From an uncultured Planctomycetaceae bacterium (GTDB lineage Bacteria; Planctomycetota; Planctomycetia; Pirellulales; PALSA-1355): a DNA stretch of 64,000 bases. The stretch lies in assembly GCA_937952415.1 (NCBI GenBank), contig CALFYT010000119.1, positions 5,252-69,251 of the forward strand, in the 5' to 3' direction. The notes under the pieces were generated by a model. The model worked only from the letters and a program-made list of their open reading frames with translations, was not told the DNA's origin and did not search any database. Of the stretch, positions 9,911 through 18,865 are shown in pieces (the stretch's first letter is position 1; every line of letters begins with the position of its first letter). Position numbers and translations under genes: made by a program.

Positions 9911-11122
9911 CTACCGATTGACCGGCTGGTTCGCCGACGCCTGCAGGACTTCTGGCGCGTAGCGCTGCGGATTCTGCTCGAACTGGCGGCGCGATTCCGC
10001 ATCGGCAAACAGATAGACACGGTTGTCTGAATAGACGCCGAACTCGCGCCGGCCCGGAACCATTTGTTGCTGGTCGACGGCCTTCACGGGATCGTTTCCG
10101 CCCAACACGGGCGCGAAGCGGTCCGGGTCGGCCATAAACTTCTTGACTTCGTTCGGGCCCAGAAACAGGTACGTGCGACCGCGATGGACCGCGCCGAAGC
10201 GCGTGTCGCCCATCGTCCATTGCTGTCGGTCGACCAGCGTAATTGGGCAGTAGCCGTCGAGGCCAAGCGGAGGCGAGCCGGGCGGCAATTGCACGGCGCG
10301 AGCAGCTTGGGGTGCATACGAAGCAGCGACGGCGGCCCCAGGTTGTGCGGCAGGCATTGTGCCAACCTGGTTGGCTCCTAGCGGCGGCGCGGTCGATGCG
10401 CCAAACGGTGGAGCACTTTGCGCGGCTGGGTTGCCGGGCATCGCCTGTTGTGCCACCACCGGTGCACCACCTGGTGCTGCGCCAGTAGCGCCTCCGCGCG
10501 GTCCCGGTGCATAGTCGGGAAAGTATTCCGCATAGCGGTCATTCGGGTGCGCTGCCGGTGCTGCAGCGTTCGGCGGCATCGTGGCCGACTGCGGTGCCGT
10601 GTTCGCAACAGGTCCGGCGGGCGGCGCCACGCCTTGGACGACGGCAGATGCCGGCGGCGCCACGGCGCCCGCAGCCCCTGCGGCCGACGAACGCGCCACC
10701 AGGGCATGATGTCCGGCCACGACCTGGTTCAACTGTGCCACATATTGCTGCGGTGTCGGCGGGCAGTGGACCTGCGAGACAAGCTGGCCATTGGGCAGCG
10801 TGATCACGTCGGTCGGCACGCGCGACACGCCGTAGAGCCGTGCCGTTCCCTCGGCCCGCTCGGCATTGAGCTTGACCATGACGAACTTGCTATCCAATTC
10901 GCGCGCCACTTCCGGCCGCGCGAACACCTCCTGATCGAGGCGCATGCAAGGAGCGCAAGTTTCCGTCCAGAAGTGCAGCAGCACCAATCGATTGGTGCGC
11001 GCCGCGATTTGCTGGGCAGCTTCAACCGTCGGCTGCCACGGCATTTGGTCTTCGGCATCCGCGGCACCAGCGACCAGTCCAGTCACCAAGCTCGCGACGG
11101 CAAACCAACGTAACGACCTCAT
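9911..11122 (-). CDS. secreted thioredoxin-fold protein with Ala/Pro-rich linker and YHS-like C-terminal domain
   Basis: 403 aa with a signal peptide. The thioredoxin-like CxxC context is LVLLHFWTETCAPCMRLDQEVF. A long low-complexity A/P/G linker follows. The C-terminus (GLDGYCPITLVD...GRTYLFLGPNEVKKFMADPDRFAP) is YHS-like. Confidence 0.75.
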   Translation of the reverse strand: MRSLRWFAVASLVTGLVAGAADAEDQMPWQPTVEAAQQIAARTNRLVLLHFWTETCAPCMRLDQEVFARPEVARELDSKFVMVKLNAERAEGTARLYGVSRVPTDVITLPNGQLVSQVHCPPTPQQYVAQLNQVVAGHHALVARSSAAGAAGAVAPPASAVVQGVAPPAGPVANTAPQSATMPPNAAAPAAHPNDRYAEYFPDYAPGPRGGATGAAPGGAPVVAQQAMPGNPAAQSAPPFGASTAPPLGANQVGTMPAAQPGAAVAASYAPQAARAVQLPPGSPPLGLDGYCPITLVDRQQWTMGDTRFGAVHRGRTYLFLGPNEVKKFMADPDRFAPVLGGNDPVKAVDQQQMVPGRREFGVYSDNRVYLFADAESRRQFEQNPQRYAPEVLQASANQPVNR

Positions 11123-11449
11123 AGCTCTGACTCCCTCAGATACTCAGTCTCGCGATGGCGATCCTGCTCGGATATCGGCGTGGCGAACGGTTCCAGTTGC
11201 GGAAAACTTAACGATTAAAGGAACTTTGATAGGCGGCAGCGCGGACTGGTTCGACAGCGGCCACGAGGCGCGATGCGCGACCAGTTTTCTCTTGCTTCCA
11301 GCAGTCGCGAAGTGGCCGTTTTTCGGAATCGGGCCCCACTTGAAAAATTGGGCTTAAGAATTTGGCCGGCACAGCCGAAGCAGCCGGTGCAGCCCGGTGG
11401 CCCAGCGGAAAAAACTGCCCAGACTCCCAGGATATTGTCTAGGCGTCGC

Positions 11450-11477
11450 TTGACATCGGCCGAGAGATGACTATGAT
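11450..11477 (+). promoter_or_regulatory. near-consensus sigma70-type promoter upstream of rho
   Basis: TTGACA (11450-11455), 16-nt spacer, TATGAT (11472-11477). The predicted start is ~11484, about 420 nt before the rho start codon. Sequence pattern only. Confidence 0.4.
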
Positions 11478-11904
11478 GGCCGTAGTTTAAGTTCTGCCAA
11501 GCAGGCAGGCGCCCTGGCCCTTGAAAGCTAAATCTTTAGGGCCCCCCCAGACTGAAATCCCGCTGGGGGACGTGTAAACGCTTCTTGAGCTGGAAGTCCT
11601 ACTGGCTCTCACCGGATCGGTCGTCATTGCGATGACCGCGCTAGAAACGTCCGGGAGCCCGGTGGGGCGCGCTCCGTTTGCTCGCGCCATCTTGATGTGC
11701 GTGGGCCAAGAACCGTTGGTCGGGCGTGCTGTTTGCATGCAATCGGCTATACGTTTGTTACGGTTTTCGTCCCATTGGCGAAAATTGGTCTCTAGGAAGG
11801 GCATTCGGCACCGAAGCTGAACCGCCACTCAATCTCTATTCTCGTGCTGCGCGCCGGGCATTGTTGCGCCACGACAAGCCGCACGGAATCTGTCATCAGG
11901 TGGA

Positions 11905-13182
11905 ATGATGGGCAAGCGCAAGAAGGGGCGTCCTCGCGGGCGCGGAGGATCGGGCGGCTACAACGGTCGGGCTCGCGGTCGAGGCGACCATCGCCGCTTT
12001 CGAGATTCGAACGGGCCCCCGCAGTCCGACCAGGATCAGGGGAATGATTCCGGGGAACCGGGCGTGATCGAACCAGGGCAGGGCGTCTTGGAACTGCACC
12101 CCAACGGCTATGGATTTCTCCGCAATCCGGCCACGAACATGCTCCGCGAGCGCAGCGATCCGTTCGTGCCCGGCACGATGATCGAAAAGTTCCGGCTGCG
12201 CGAGGGCGTTTTGATCAACGGTCTGGTGCAACAGGCCCGCAAGCAACAGGGCCCTCGGCTCAAGGAGATCGTCGACGTCGACGGCTTGAAGCCGGAAGAA
12301 TACGTCAACGTCAAGAGCTTTGACGAGCTGACCCCCATCAACCCCGAGAGCTGGCTGCAACTGGAAACCGGCGCCGAGCCGCTCACCACCCGAGTCATCG
12401 ACTTGCTGACTCCGTTGGGCAAGGGGCAACGTGCGTTGATCGTGGCCCCGCCGCGAACCGGCAAGACGTTCCTGTTGCAACATATCGCCAACGCCGTGGC
12501 GACCAACTATCCGGACGTGACGCTGATCATGCTGTTGATCGACGAGCGTCCGGAAGAAGTCACCGACATGCGCCGCTGTGTGCAGGGTGACGTCATCGCC
12601 AGCAGCCTGGATCGCGACGTCGAAAGCCACGTTCGGCTTTCGCAACTGGTCGTCGAACGCTGCAAGCGCCTGGCCGAGATGGGCAAAGACGTCTTCTTGC
12701 TGATGGACTCGATTACCCGTATGGCTCGGGCCTTCAACAAGTGGGTCGGCAACACGGGCCGCACGATGTCCGGCGGTGTCGACATCAAGGCGTTGGACAT
12801 TCCCAAGAAGCTGTTCGCCACCGCCCGCGTGTTTGAAGAAGGCGGTTCGCTCACGATCGTCGCTACGGCGCTGGTCGACACAGGCAGCCGAATGGACGAG
12901 TTGATCTTCCAAGAGTTTAAGGGCACCGGCAACATGGAACTGGTGCTGGATCGCAAGCTGGCCGACCGTCGCGTTTGGCCGGCGATCGACATCTCGCAAT
13001 CTGGCACCCGTCGCGAAGAGAAGCTGCTGCCGGCCGACACGTTGCACGCGGTGAACATGCTGCGGCGCACGCTGTCGACCATGCACCATGTCGATGCGAT
13101 GGAGCAGTTGACCAGCAAGCTGGGCAAGTTCAAGACGAACGACGAGTTCATCAACCTGATCAGCGGAGCGCAGGTCGAGTAG
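11905..13182 (+). CDS. rho: transcription termination factor Rho
   Basis: 425 aa with an Arg/Gly-rich N-tail. The RNA-binding domain has GVLELHPNGYGFLR, Walker A is GKGQRALIVAPPRTGKT, and LIDERPEEVTDM is present along with the C-terminal RecA-type core. Confidence 0.95.
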   Translation: MMGKRKKGRPRGRGGSGGYNGRARGRGDHRRFRDSNGPPQSDQDQGNDSGEPGVIEPGQGVLELHPNGYGFLRNPATNMLRERSDPFVPGTMIEKFRLREGVLINGLVQQARKQQGPRLKEIVDVDGLKPEEYVNVKSFDELTPINPESWLQLETGAEPLTTRVIDLLTPLGKGQRALIVAPPRTGKTFLLQHIANAVATNYPDVTLIMLLIDERPEEVTDMRRCVQGDVIASSLDRDVESHVRLSQLVVERCKRLAEMGKDVFLLMDSITRMARAFNKWVGNTGRTMSGGVDIKALDIPKKLFATARVFEEGGSLTIVATALVDTGSRMDELIFQEFKGTGNMELVLDRKLADRRVWPAIDISQSGTRREEKLLPADTLHAVNMLRRTLSTMHHVDAMEQLTSKLGKFKTNDEFINLISGAQVE

Positions 13183-14989
13183 CGTCCGGCTGCTCGGCGA
13201 TCCGTTCGATCCGTCGTACCCGTCCGATCACCACACTGCGATGCGCCTCATCGCGGCGCACCGGGTCGCACGGAATGACGGCGACTTCTTCCCAGGCAAA
13301 CGGCAAGACACCCGGCGTATGCGCGCCCAGCCGATCGTCGTTGCCGGCGCGATCCTCGGGCGTGTCGCCCGGCCGGCGGTCGAAGCAGAAATACGTCACG
13401 TCGTCGGGCAGGTCGTCGGAGTTCGTCGGCCAGGGTACCTGGCGAATCGGCGTCTCGTAGCTGTACGAGAACCGGTGGTAGACACGGCCCAGGCTGACCA
13501 ACTCACCCGCGCCCGGAATGCGGTCTTTGATTCGGGCAATCGCCGGCGTCAGGTCGTTGGCCGCTTGCAACCGCGCGTTGACCAGGGCCCCGGCGCACGC
13601 ACTTCCGGCGAACACCGCGGCACAAACGACCACCACTTCCGGTCGCGCCCGGCGCGGGTCACGGGCCGATCGCAGCGCCAGCCAGGCCACAATCAACCCG
13701 CCGCCGATCCACGGCACGACGAACCAAACCGGCTGCCGAATCGTCGGCTCGACGTCGATCGGCAGAAAGCTGATCGCTGCCACGGCGACGGCTCCCAACA
13801 CGGCCGCTGCGGCCAGCAGTCGCATGTACGTCTGCCAAAGGCCCAACCACCGGCCGAGTCCTTCAACGACCGTGCGACGTCGCGCAGCGCAGTGCTCGAC
13901 GACCAGGCCCATCAGCACGGCCAGCAACGGATAGAGCGGCATGTAGTAGCGGCCACGCGCGCCGGACGCGAACCACACCGTCGGGTACGTCACCGCCAGC
14001 GCCACGAATAGGAATTGCACTTGGGGACGCGCCTGGCAGATCGATCGGCGCACCGCGGGAAACAACCACGCCGCCAACAGGGGCGACCACGGCAGCAAGC
14101 ACGCCAGCGTCTCGAGCGGGTAGCTCGCCACGTGCGACGACAGACGATCCAGCGCAAAGCGGTCCTGTGCCAAGCCGGTCCAGATGTCGTCCAGTGCATG
14201 GGGGTTTTGCCGCGCAAACGGCACCAGCCAAACGCCGACAACCAGGCCGAATGTCGCCAGGCCCAGCACGTGGCCCCGCCCAAACAGCCAGCGCCAGTCG
14301 CGGCGCAGCGCCAAGAAGGCTCCCGTCGCCATCATGAAATAGACGGGCGCTTGAAGCCCCTTGGTCAGCGCGCCCAGCGCCGCCAAAAAGTACCCGGCCG
14401 ACCAGACCAGCGCCTTGGACCGCTGCTGGAGATAGCCGGCGTGCCACGCCAGCAGCGAGCCGGCCACGAACAGCGTGAACAGCGCCTCCGACTCTCCAAA
14501 GCGGCCCAACAACATCACCTGACCAAATGTGGCATAGCAGGTCGTGGCCGTCAGGGCGCACAATCGCGATGACCACGCGCGGGCATAAATGTAAATCGCC
14601 ACGGCAAGTAACAGGGTCGCCAAGGCACTCGGCAAGCGGACCGCGGCCAGGTCGATCGTGCCGCGCGCGGCTCCGACCAGCGCGATGGCCCAACTGCCCA
14701 AGGGCGGACGTTCCGGAAACAACTCACCCTGTTGTCGCGGTACGACCAAATCGCCCGAGGCAACCATCTCGCGCGCCCCGTTGGCCCAGCGCGATTCCTC
14801 GCCGCAGATCGGCAGCGCCGTCAGCCGCGTAAAGTACACGACCACGACCAGCGCTACGATCACCGGCAGTTCCCAGTCCCACCACCAGGGTCCGCTCGCG
14901 CGATCGGCAGCGGGCCGCTGCGGCGCGCCATCGCACGGCGGCGCGACGGGCGGCGTGTTGTCGGTTCGATGGTCGTTGTTGGCGTGCAT
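13160..14989 (-). CDS. GT39/ArnT-like (PMT_2 family) membrane glycosyltransferase
   Basis: ORF 13160..15103; ATG at 14989 preferred, since the upstream part is Arg-rich. CGEESRWANGAREMVASGDLVVPRQQGELFPERPPLGSW is followed by many TM spans, typical of dolichyl-phosphate-mannose/ArnT-type transferases. The 3' end overlaps rho by 23 nt (convergent). Confidence 0.78.
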   Translation of the reverse strand: MHANNDHRTDNTPPVAPPCDGAPQRPAADRASGPWWWDWELPVIVALVVVVYFTRLTALPICGEESRWANGAREMVASGDLVVPRQQGELFPERPPLGSWAIALVGAARGTIDLAAVRLPSALATLLLAVAIYIYARAWSSRLCALTATTCYATFGQVMLLGRFGESEALFTLFVAGSLLAWHAGYLQQRSKALVWSAGYFLAALGALTKGLQAPVYFMMATGAFLALRRDWRWLFGRGHVLGLATFGLVVGVWLVPFARQNPHALDDIWTGLAQDRFALDRLSSHVASYPLETLACLLPWSPLLAAWLFPAVRRSICQARPQVQFLFVALAVTYPTVWFASGARGRYYMPLYPLLAVLMGLVVEHCAARRRTVVEGLGRWLGLWQTYMRLLAAAAVLGAVAVAAISFLPIDVEPTIRQPVWFVVPWIGGGLIVAWLALRSARDPRRARPEVVVVCAAVFAGSACAGALVNARLQAANDLTPAIARIKDRIPGAGELVSLGRVYHRFSYSYETPIRQVPWPTNSDDLPDDVTYFCFDRRPGDTPEDRAGNDDRLGAHTPGVLPFAWEEVAVIPCDPVRRDEAHRSVVIGRVRRIERIAEQPDATRPALR

Positions 14990-15220
14990 GCGCAACCGGG
15001 ATAGCGAGCCGGATCGGGCCGACGGGCGGCCAGCGAAATGAACAGCCCATCGCGGAGCGGAAAGGTCGCAAAAAGCCCGCGCCACGACAAGATCGGTTGC
15101 CACCGCCTTATGCGGCGCGACCCGCTGCGCGCAGCATCGCTTCAGCTAGTCACAACCGCGGCGGTGGGCTAGAATTTGGACGTAATCGGCTTGCCGCAAC
15201 GACTTGCGGTTCCGGCCGAC

Positions 15221-15302
15221 GGAGGGTAAGCGAATGGCTAGCGGCCACACTGGAAATGTGGTGCCGGGTAACCGGTTGCGGGTTCGAGTCCCGTGCCCTC
15301 CG
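15221..15302 (+). tRNA. tRNA-Ser (anticodon GGA)
   Basis: Hand fold. Acceptor GGAGGGT/GCCCTCC plus G73. Anticodon stem CCACA/TGTGG with loop CTGGAAA. Long variable arm GCCGG-gtaa-CCGGT. T arm GCGGG-TTCGAGT-CCCGT. The register of the 5' end is ambiguous by 1 nt (15220 or 15221). No encoded CCA. Confidence 0.75.
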
Positions 15303-15337
15303 CTGTGTGTAAACCGTTGTGTAAAAACAGTAAGCAT

Positions 15338-15549
15338 CTATCGGGGCCGTCCGGGCTTCTCGGCGGCGTCTTTGTTTTGGTCACCCGTTTGGTCACCCTC
15401 TGCGCGCCCGGCGCCTTGTTCGTCCCAATGGCGCCATAAATCGCGGGACAGCTCGTCGGCCTGATGGCTGACGTAGAATTTCATCGTCGTCTCGATGGAT
15501 TCGTGGCGCAATAGATTCTTGGATACATTCGGCTTCCGCGTCGCCACCG
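15338..15549 (-). pseudogene. tyrosine recombinase (phage integrase family) C-terminal remnant, last ~70 codons only
   Basis: The minus-strand tail ...TVATRKPNVSKNLLRHESIETTMKFYVSHQ... matches the conserved integrase C-terminus (LLGHssIeTTmrYyh, with the catalytic Tyr). Similarity stops at 15549/15550, where a PEP-CTERM tail copy begins. It lies 36 nt from the tRNA-Ser 3' end. Confidence 0.7.
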
Positions 15550-15642
15550 TCCCCGAACCCTCCACGCTCGCGCTAGCTGCGTTCGGCGTCATTGCCCTTG
15601 CGGCTAGGTACCTGCGGCGGCGGCGAAGCTGCAACGCGTAGA
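15550..15642 (+). pseudogene. orphan PEP-CTERM sorting-signal fragment (copy of the 3' end of gene 16327..17565)
   Basis: The plus frame reads VPEPSTLALAAFGVIALAARYLRRRRSCNA*. By hand alignment, 15550-15620 versus 17482-17552 gives 66 of 71 identical positions, including a 41-nt perfect run. No protein body lies upstream. Confidence 0.7.
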
Positions 15643-16326
15643 TTTGCCGCCCGTGCGCGTCGGCGCGCAAGAATCTCGGCCGGCCGACAACTATTTCCAG
15701 AATATTTGCGAATTACTTGTCGCCCGGCGCGCGGAAATTCGGGTTCTAAGTAAGGGCAGTAGTGTACAGAGTTCGATTCACACAAGTATGGCAATTCGCC
15801 GAGTTTGGTAGCCCACCGGGTGAATCGTTCGAGATCAAGCGATTTGCTTGACCCACGCCGGCTGTCGGCTAGATTGCCAGCTACGGACCAGATTGGCGGC
15901 GTCCCGAATCGCGAACCAACTCCGCGTTTGTCGGAGCACGCTAATGAGTGGCGTTGAGTCCTTAAACACTTCACGGACCGCATCGGTCGCTCCCTCTCGT
16001 GCCGCACCAGTCGTCGAGACGCTGGCGGTTTCGGCCGAACGCGGTGCCGATCGTTACTTGGTCTCTCGCCCCTCGTTCTCTGGTGGCGCCGATTCAGGCT
16101 GCCTAGCCAGTCCTGCCACGCCTGGCGCATCGGAAGACAACAATAATCGTTGCGCCGCATCCGTCGCCCGCGCGTCACGGCGATTCAGATTCCTTGAACT
16201 ACTCGTTGACACCCCAACCGTCGGCGACCTGGCTGATTGCTGCCGCGGACTTGCCCGTCCTTCAATGCGGCAGCACGAACGATCCGCGCATTCGAACCGC
16301 ATACCTGAGGTACAAGGAGAACGCTA

Positions 16327-17565
16327 ATGAATCGCCGTTTGACCCTCGCGCTTGCGCTGGCGAGCTTCCTGTTCGCCATGCAAACGGCTCGCGCCGCGGA
16401 GATTATCTTTACGATCAACTCCAGCTTGAGCAATTGGGAGCACTCGGGAACCGACAACATCTATGGTCCATTGATCGAGCAATCTCCCGGCAGTCTCACG
16501 GCGCCGGTCAGCGGTCACTTCTTGGTCGATTTCGATCCGTCGACCAGCACGCCGCCCACACTACAATTCATCGGTGGTCACGGCTTCTTCAAAGTTGCCT
16601 CGCCGCACGTCGTGCTACCCGGCGTTGGATCGACCGGACCTGCGGCGCCGGCCAATGGCGGCGGGCGAACTGCTGGCGGCGAAATGTTTTACGCCGTCCG
16701 GGATCTGCAGTGGGACTTCGACAGCGCACCGATTGCCCGCTCTTCGGGTATTTATAACGGCACGCAGTCCAACTTTATCGTGCTGTCCGGTGGCGAGGAC
16801 TCGACCTTTATAGGTGGATCGGACCCCGACGGATACCAGGTAGGCTTTACGGACGCGTTGACCGCCGGCGATTGGGTACTGACCGAGTCACCGGCAGGCT
16901 CCGGGAACTGGACGCTGACGCTCGATGGCTACTACGACTTCGGATACGACTACGGCGGTGTCGCGGTCGGTACAAGTCGCTCGAGTGCGGTCGTGGTATC
17001 AACGGCCCAATACAATGTCGCGGAGAACGAGGCCCCCGTCGCCACGGGCGAAACCCAGGCCGAGGCATTAGGCGGCGCAAGCTCCTCGAACCCGGGCGGT
17101 GTCTCGGCGACGTTTAGTGAACCAGTTAGTGGCGGCGGAACGCTCGCCGTCCAGCAAGTACCGTCCGAAGACGCGTTGTCGCAAGAAGCGATCGCCGCGG
17201 CCGAGGTTAATCCGACATTTGCAATTTCGACCCAAACACTCGACGCCAATCCACAGATTTGGGAAGTGGACTTCGACGGCGTGCTTGCTCCGGGCAGCAC
17301 GGTTGAGCTGGTGTTCGCCTACGACGAGACCTTACTGCCACCCGGCACGGACGAGTCGCTGCTCGGTATCTGGCACTTCAACTCGAACATCAACGACTGG
17401 GAGTTCGGCGGGACGGTCGACACGGTTGAAAACACCGTCACGTACGTGACCGACAACTTCTCGCCGTTTCAGCTAGGTTTGGTTCCCGAGCCGTCCACGC
17501 TCGCGCTGGCCGCGTTCGGCGTCATTGCCCTTGCGGCTAGGTACCTGCGGCGACGACAAGCCTAG
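16327..17565 (+). CDS. PEP-CTERM sorting domain-containing surface protein
   Basis: 412 aa with a signal peptide (LALALASFLFAMQTARA). C-terminus is VPEPSTLALAAFGVIALAARYLRRRQA (PEP motif, TM span, basic tail). AAGGAG lies 7 nt upstream of the ATG. Confidence 0.85.
   Translation: MNRRLTLALALASFLFAMQTARAAEIIFTINSSLSNWEHSGTDNIYGPLIEQSPGSLTAPVSGHFLVDFDPSTSTPPTLQFIGGHGFFKVASPHVVLPGVGSTGPAAPANGGGRTAGGEMFYAVRDLQWDFDSAPIARSSGIYNGTQSNFIVLSGGEDSTFIGGSDPDGYQVGFTDALTAGDWVLTESPAGSGNWTLTLDGYYDFGYDYGGVAVGTSRSSAVVVSTAQYNVAENEAPVATGETQAEALGGASSSNPGGVSATFSEPVSGGGTLAVQQVPSEDALSQEAIAAAEVNPTFAISTQTLDANPQIWEVDFDGVLAPGSTVELVFAYDETLLPPGTDESLLGIWHFNSNINDWEFGGTVDTVENTVTYVTDNFSPFQLGLVPEPSTLALAAFGVIALAARYLRRRQA
17482..17552 (+). 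repeat. partner copy of the PEP-CTERM-tail repeat at 15550..15620
   Basis: See 15550..15642. This is a direct repeat about 1.9 kb apart. Confidence 0.7.
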
Positions 17566-17646
17566 GATCGTACAGCCCAGACCAGCGGCCGATTCCTGAC
17601 AAAACGACGGCCAACGGCTCGCCACCCTCTGACCCAGCCCGCGATC

Positions 17647-17680
17647 GCCGCCAAAAAGCGGCCTATGTTTGTGTTTTCTT
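17647..17680 (+). terminator. weak candidate intrinsic terminator after the first PEP-CTERM gene
   Basis: GCCGC-caaaaa-GCGGC (17647-17662) is followed by the T-rich ctatgtttgtgttttctt. The stem is only 5 bp. Confidence 0.3.
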
Positions 17681-17729
17681 CCCCGCGCGACGGTTATACT
17701 TGGGACAACCTCGCACGGGAGATCCGCTC

Positions 17730-18755
17730 ATGCACAGACGATCCTTCGTTCGTAGTGCGGCGCCGACGGTCGTGGTTATTCTAATAGTGTTCACGGCTGG
17801 CGCGCACCCGGCTCTTGCCGGTACATTCTCCATCGGCCCCACGGCCGGCTCCGTCTTCGGCTCGGCCACCGGATTCTTCGACGACGACCTGTTGGCGCCC
17901 GGCCCGGTCGCCGGATTGCAAGCGATTGGCGCGGGCGTTCCGTCGGTCAACGTCAACGCGGTCTCCTTTGGCCACTCTGGCATCACGTCGCTGGCGGCAA
18001 TCGCCGGCGTCGAGTTTAGCGTCGCCCACGGGTCGTTCGGCGTGGCCGGAACGGCGCTGGCGGCTCAGGTCGCCGCGGGCGAAGCGGGTGCCGACATCTT
18101 TCATACTGCGCTGGGCGGATCGAACACCCTGCTGCTGGACGGAGACGCGGCCGGCCCCGGACCGATCGCGCCTCCGATGGGTGTGTTCGAGCCGACGACG
18201 CCACCGCCGCCGCTCGCGCGGCCCGACGACGTCGACGCCTGGGACACGCGATTGCTGCCGCCGGCCGGCAGCCCGGTTTACTTCAGCATCGACTCGACGA
18301 CCGGCACATCCGACGCGGTATTCGTCGGTCCGGCCGGCGCTGGATACGACACGGGTGGCGTGTTCTACGCGGGAGTCGTTCCGTTGGGCTTGAGCGTGTT
18401 TCCCGGAGTGAATGACATCGACGGCCTGGTCGTCGTCGACAACGACGGGCTGCCGCTGACCTTCACGCCCGGCGTCGACCTGGTATTCTTCTCCTTGACG
18501 GTGGGCAGCGTCGCCTTGGCGCCGTCGGGCGCCACGGCCGGAGACATCCTGGTCGACCCAGCCGGCGCGGCCCTGTTGGGCATTGCCGCTCCGCCCGGCT
18601 TGCCGGGCATTGCGTTTACCGAGGCCAGCATGGGCATTGCGACGGCCCTGTCGGAACTGGACGGGTTCGACTTCTTGATTGTCCCCGAGCCGTCGGCTGT
18701 CGTCCTGGCCCTGGTTGGATTCGTGGGTTTGCTCGTGCTTCGCCGGCGATGCTAA
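17730..18755 (+). CDS. PEP-CTERM sorting domain-containing surface protein
   Basis: ATG at 17730 in ORF 17700..18755. Signal peptide VVVILIVFTAGAHPALA. C-terminus VPEPSAVVLALVGFVGLLVLRRRC. Confidence 0.85.
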   Translation: MHRRSFVRSAAPTVVVILIVFTAGAHPALAGTFSIGPTAGSVFGSATGFFDDDLLAPGPVAGLQAIGAGVPSVNVNAVSFGHSGITSLAAIAGVEFSVAHGSFGVAGTALAAQVAAGEAGADIFHTALGGSNTLLLDGDAAGPGPIAPPMGVFEPTTPPPPLARPDDVDAWDTRLLPPAGSPVYFSIDSTTGTSDAVFVGPAGAGYDTGGVFYAGVVPLGLSVFPGVNDIDGLVVVDNDGLPLTFTPGVDLVFFSLTVGSVALAPSGATAGDILVDPAGAALLGIAAPPGLPGIAFTEASMGIATALSELDGFDFLIVPEPSAVVLALVGFVGLLVLRRRC

Positions 18756-18865
18756 CGCGGTGGCAGCGCGGGTAATCTGCCGCGCGGAACGATAGCGCGA
18801 GACGTGCTCGCCAGTCCTGCGTGTGCCGACACGCGGACAGCAGACATTCAGCGAGCGACACGACC

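Noticed and set aside
10240-10700. Repetitive-looking GC-rich DNA that could be mistaken for a tandem repeat or CRISPR
   Set aside because: It encodes the Ala/Pro/Gly-rich linker of the thioredoxin-fold protein. There is no regular repeat-spacer periodicity. No CRISPR-like array was seen anywhere in the window.
11484-11904. Possible RNase P RNA, tmRNA or SRP RNA downstream of the strong promoter
   Set aside because: There are partial look-alikes (GGAAGTCC, GTAAAC, AATCGGCTATA), but they are in the wrong order for RNase P and the putative P4 strands are not complementary. There is no tmRNA-type T arm/CCA end or tag ORF, and no SRP GGAA/AGCA motif. Kept only as a long rho leader or unknown RNA.
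11896-13089. 397-aa minus-strand ORF covering most of rho
   Set aside because: It is antisense to an unambiguous Rho protein. The product is Arg/Gly/Val-rich with no motifs, a typical high-GC shadow ORF.
13160-13182. 23-nt convergent overlap of the rho and glycosyltransferase 3' ends
   Set aside because: Short convergent overlaps are common in compact high-GC genomes, and no structure or motif was seen in it.
15573-16327. Overlapping ORFs (201 aa minus, 159 aa plus) between the integrase stump and the first PEP-CTERM gene
   Set aside because: There are no motifs, the ORFs are mutually exclusive, and the composition is mixed. Treated as a non-coding or decayed island junction.
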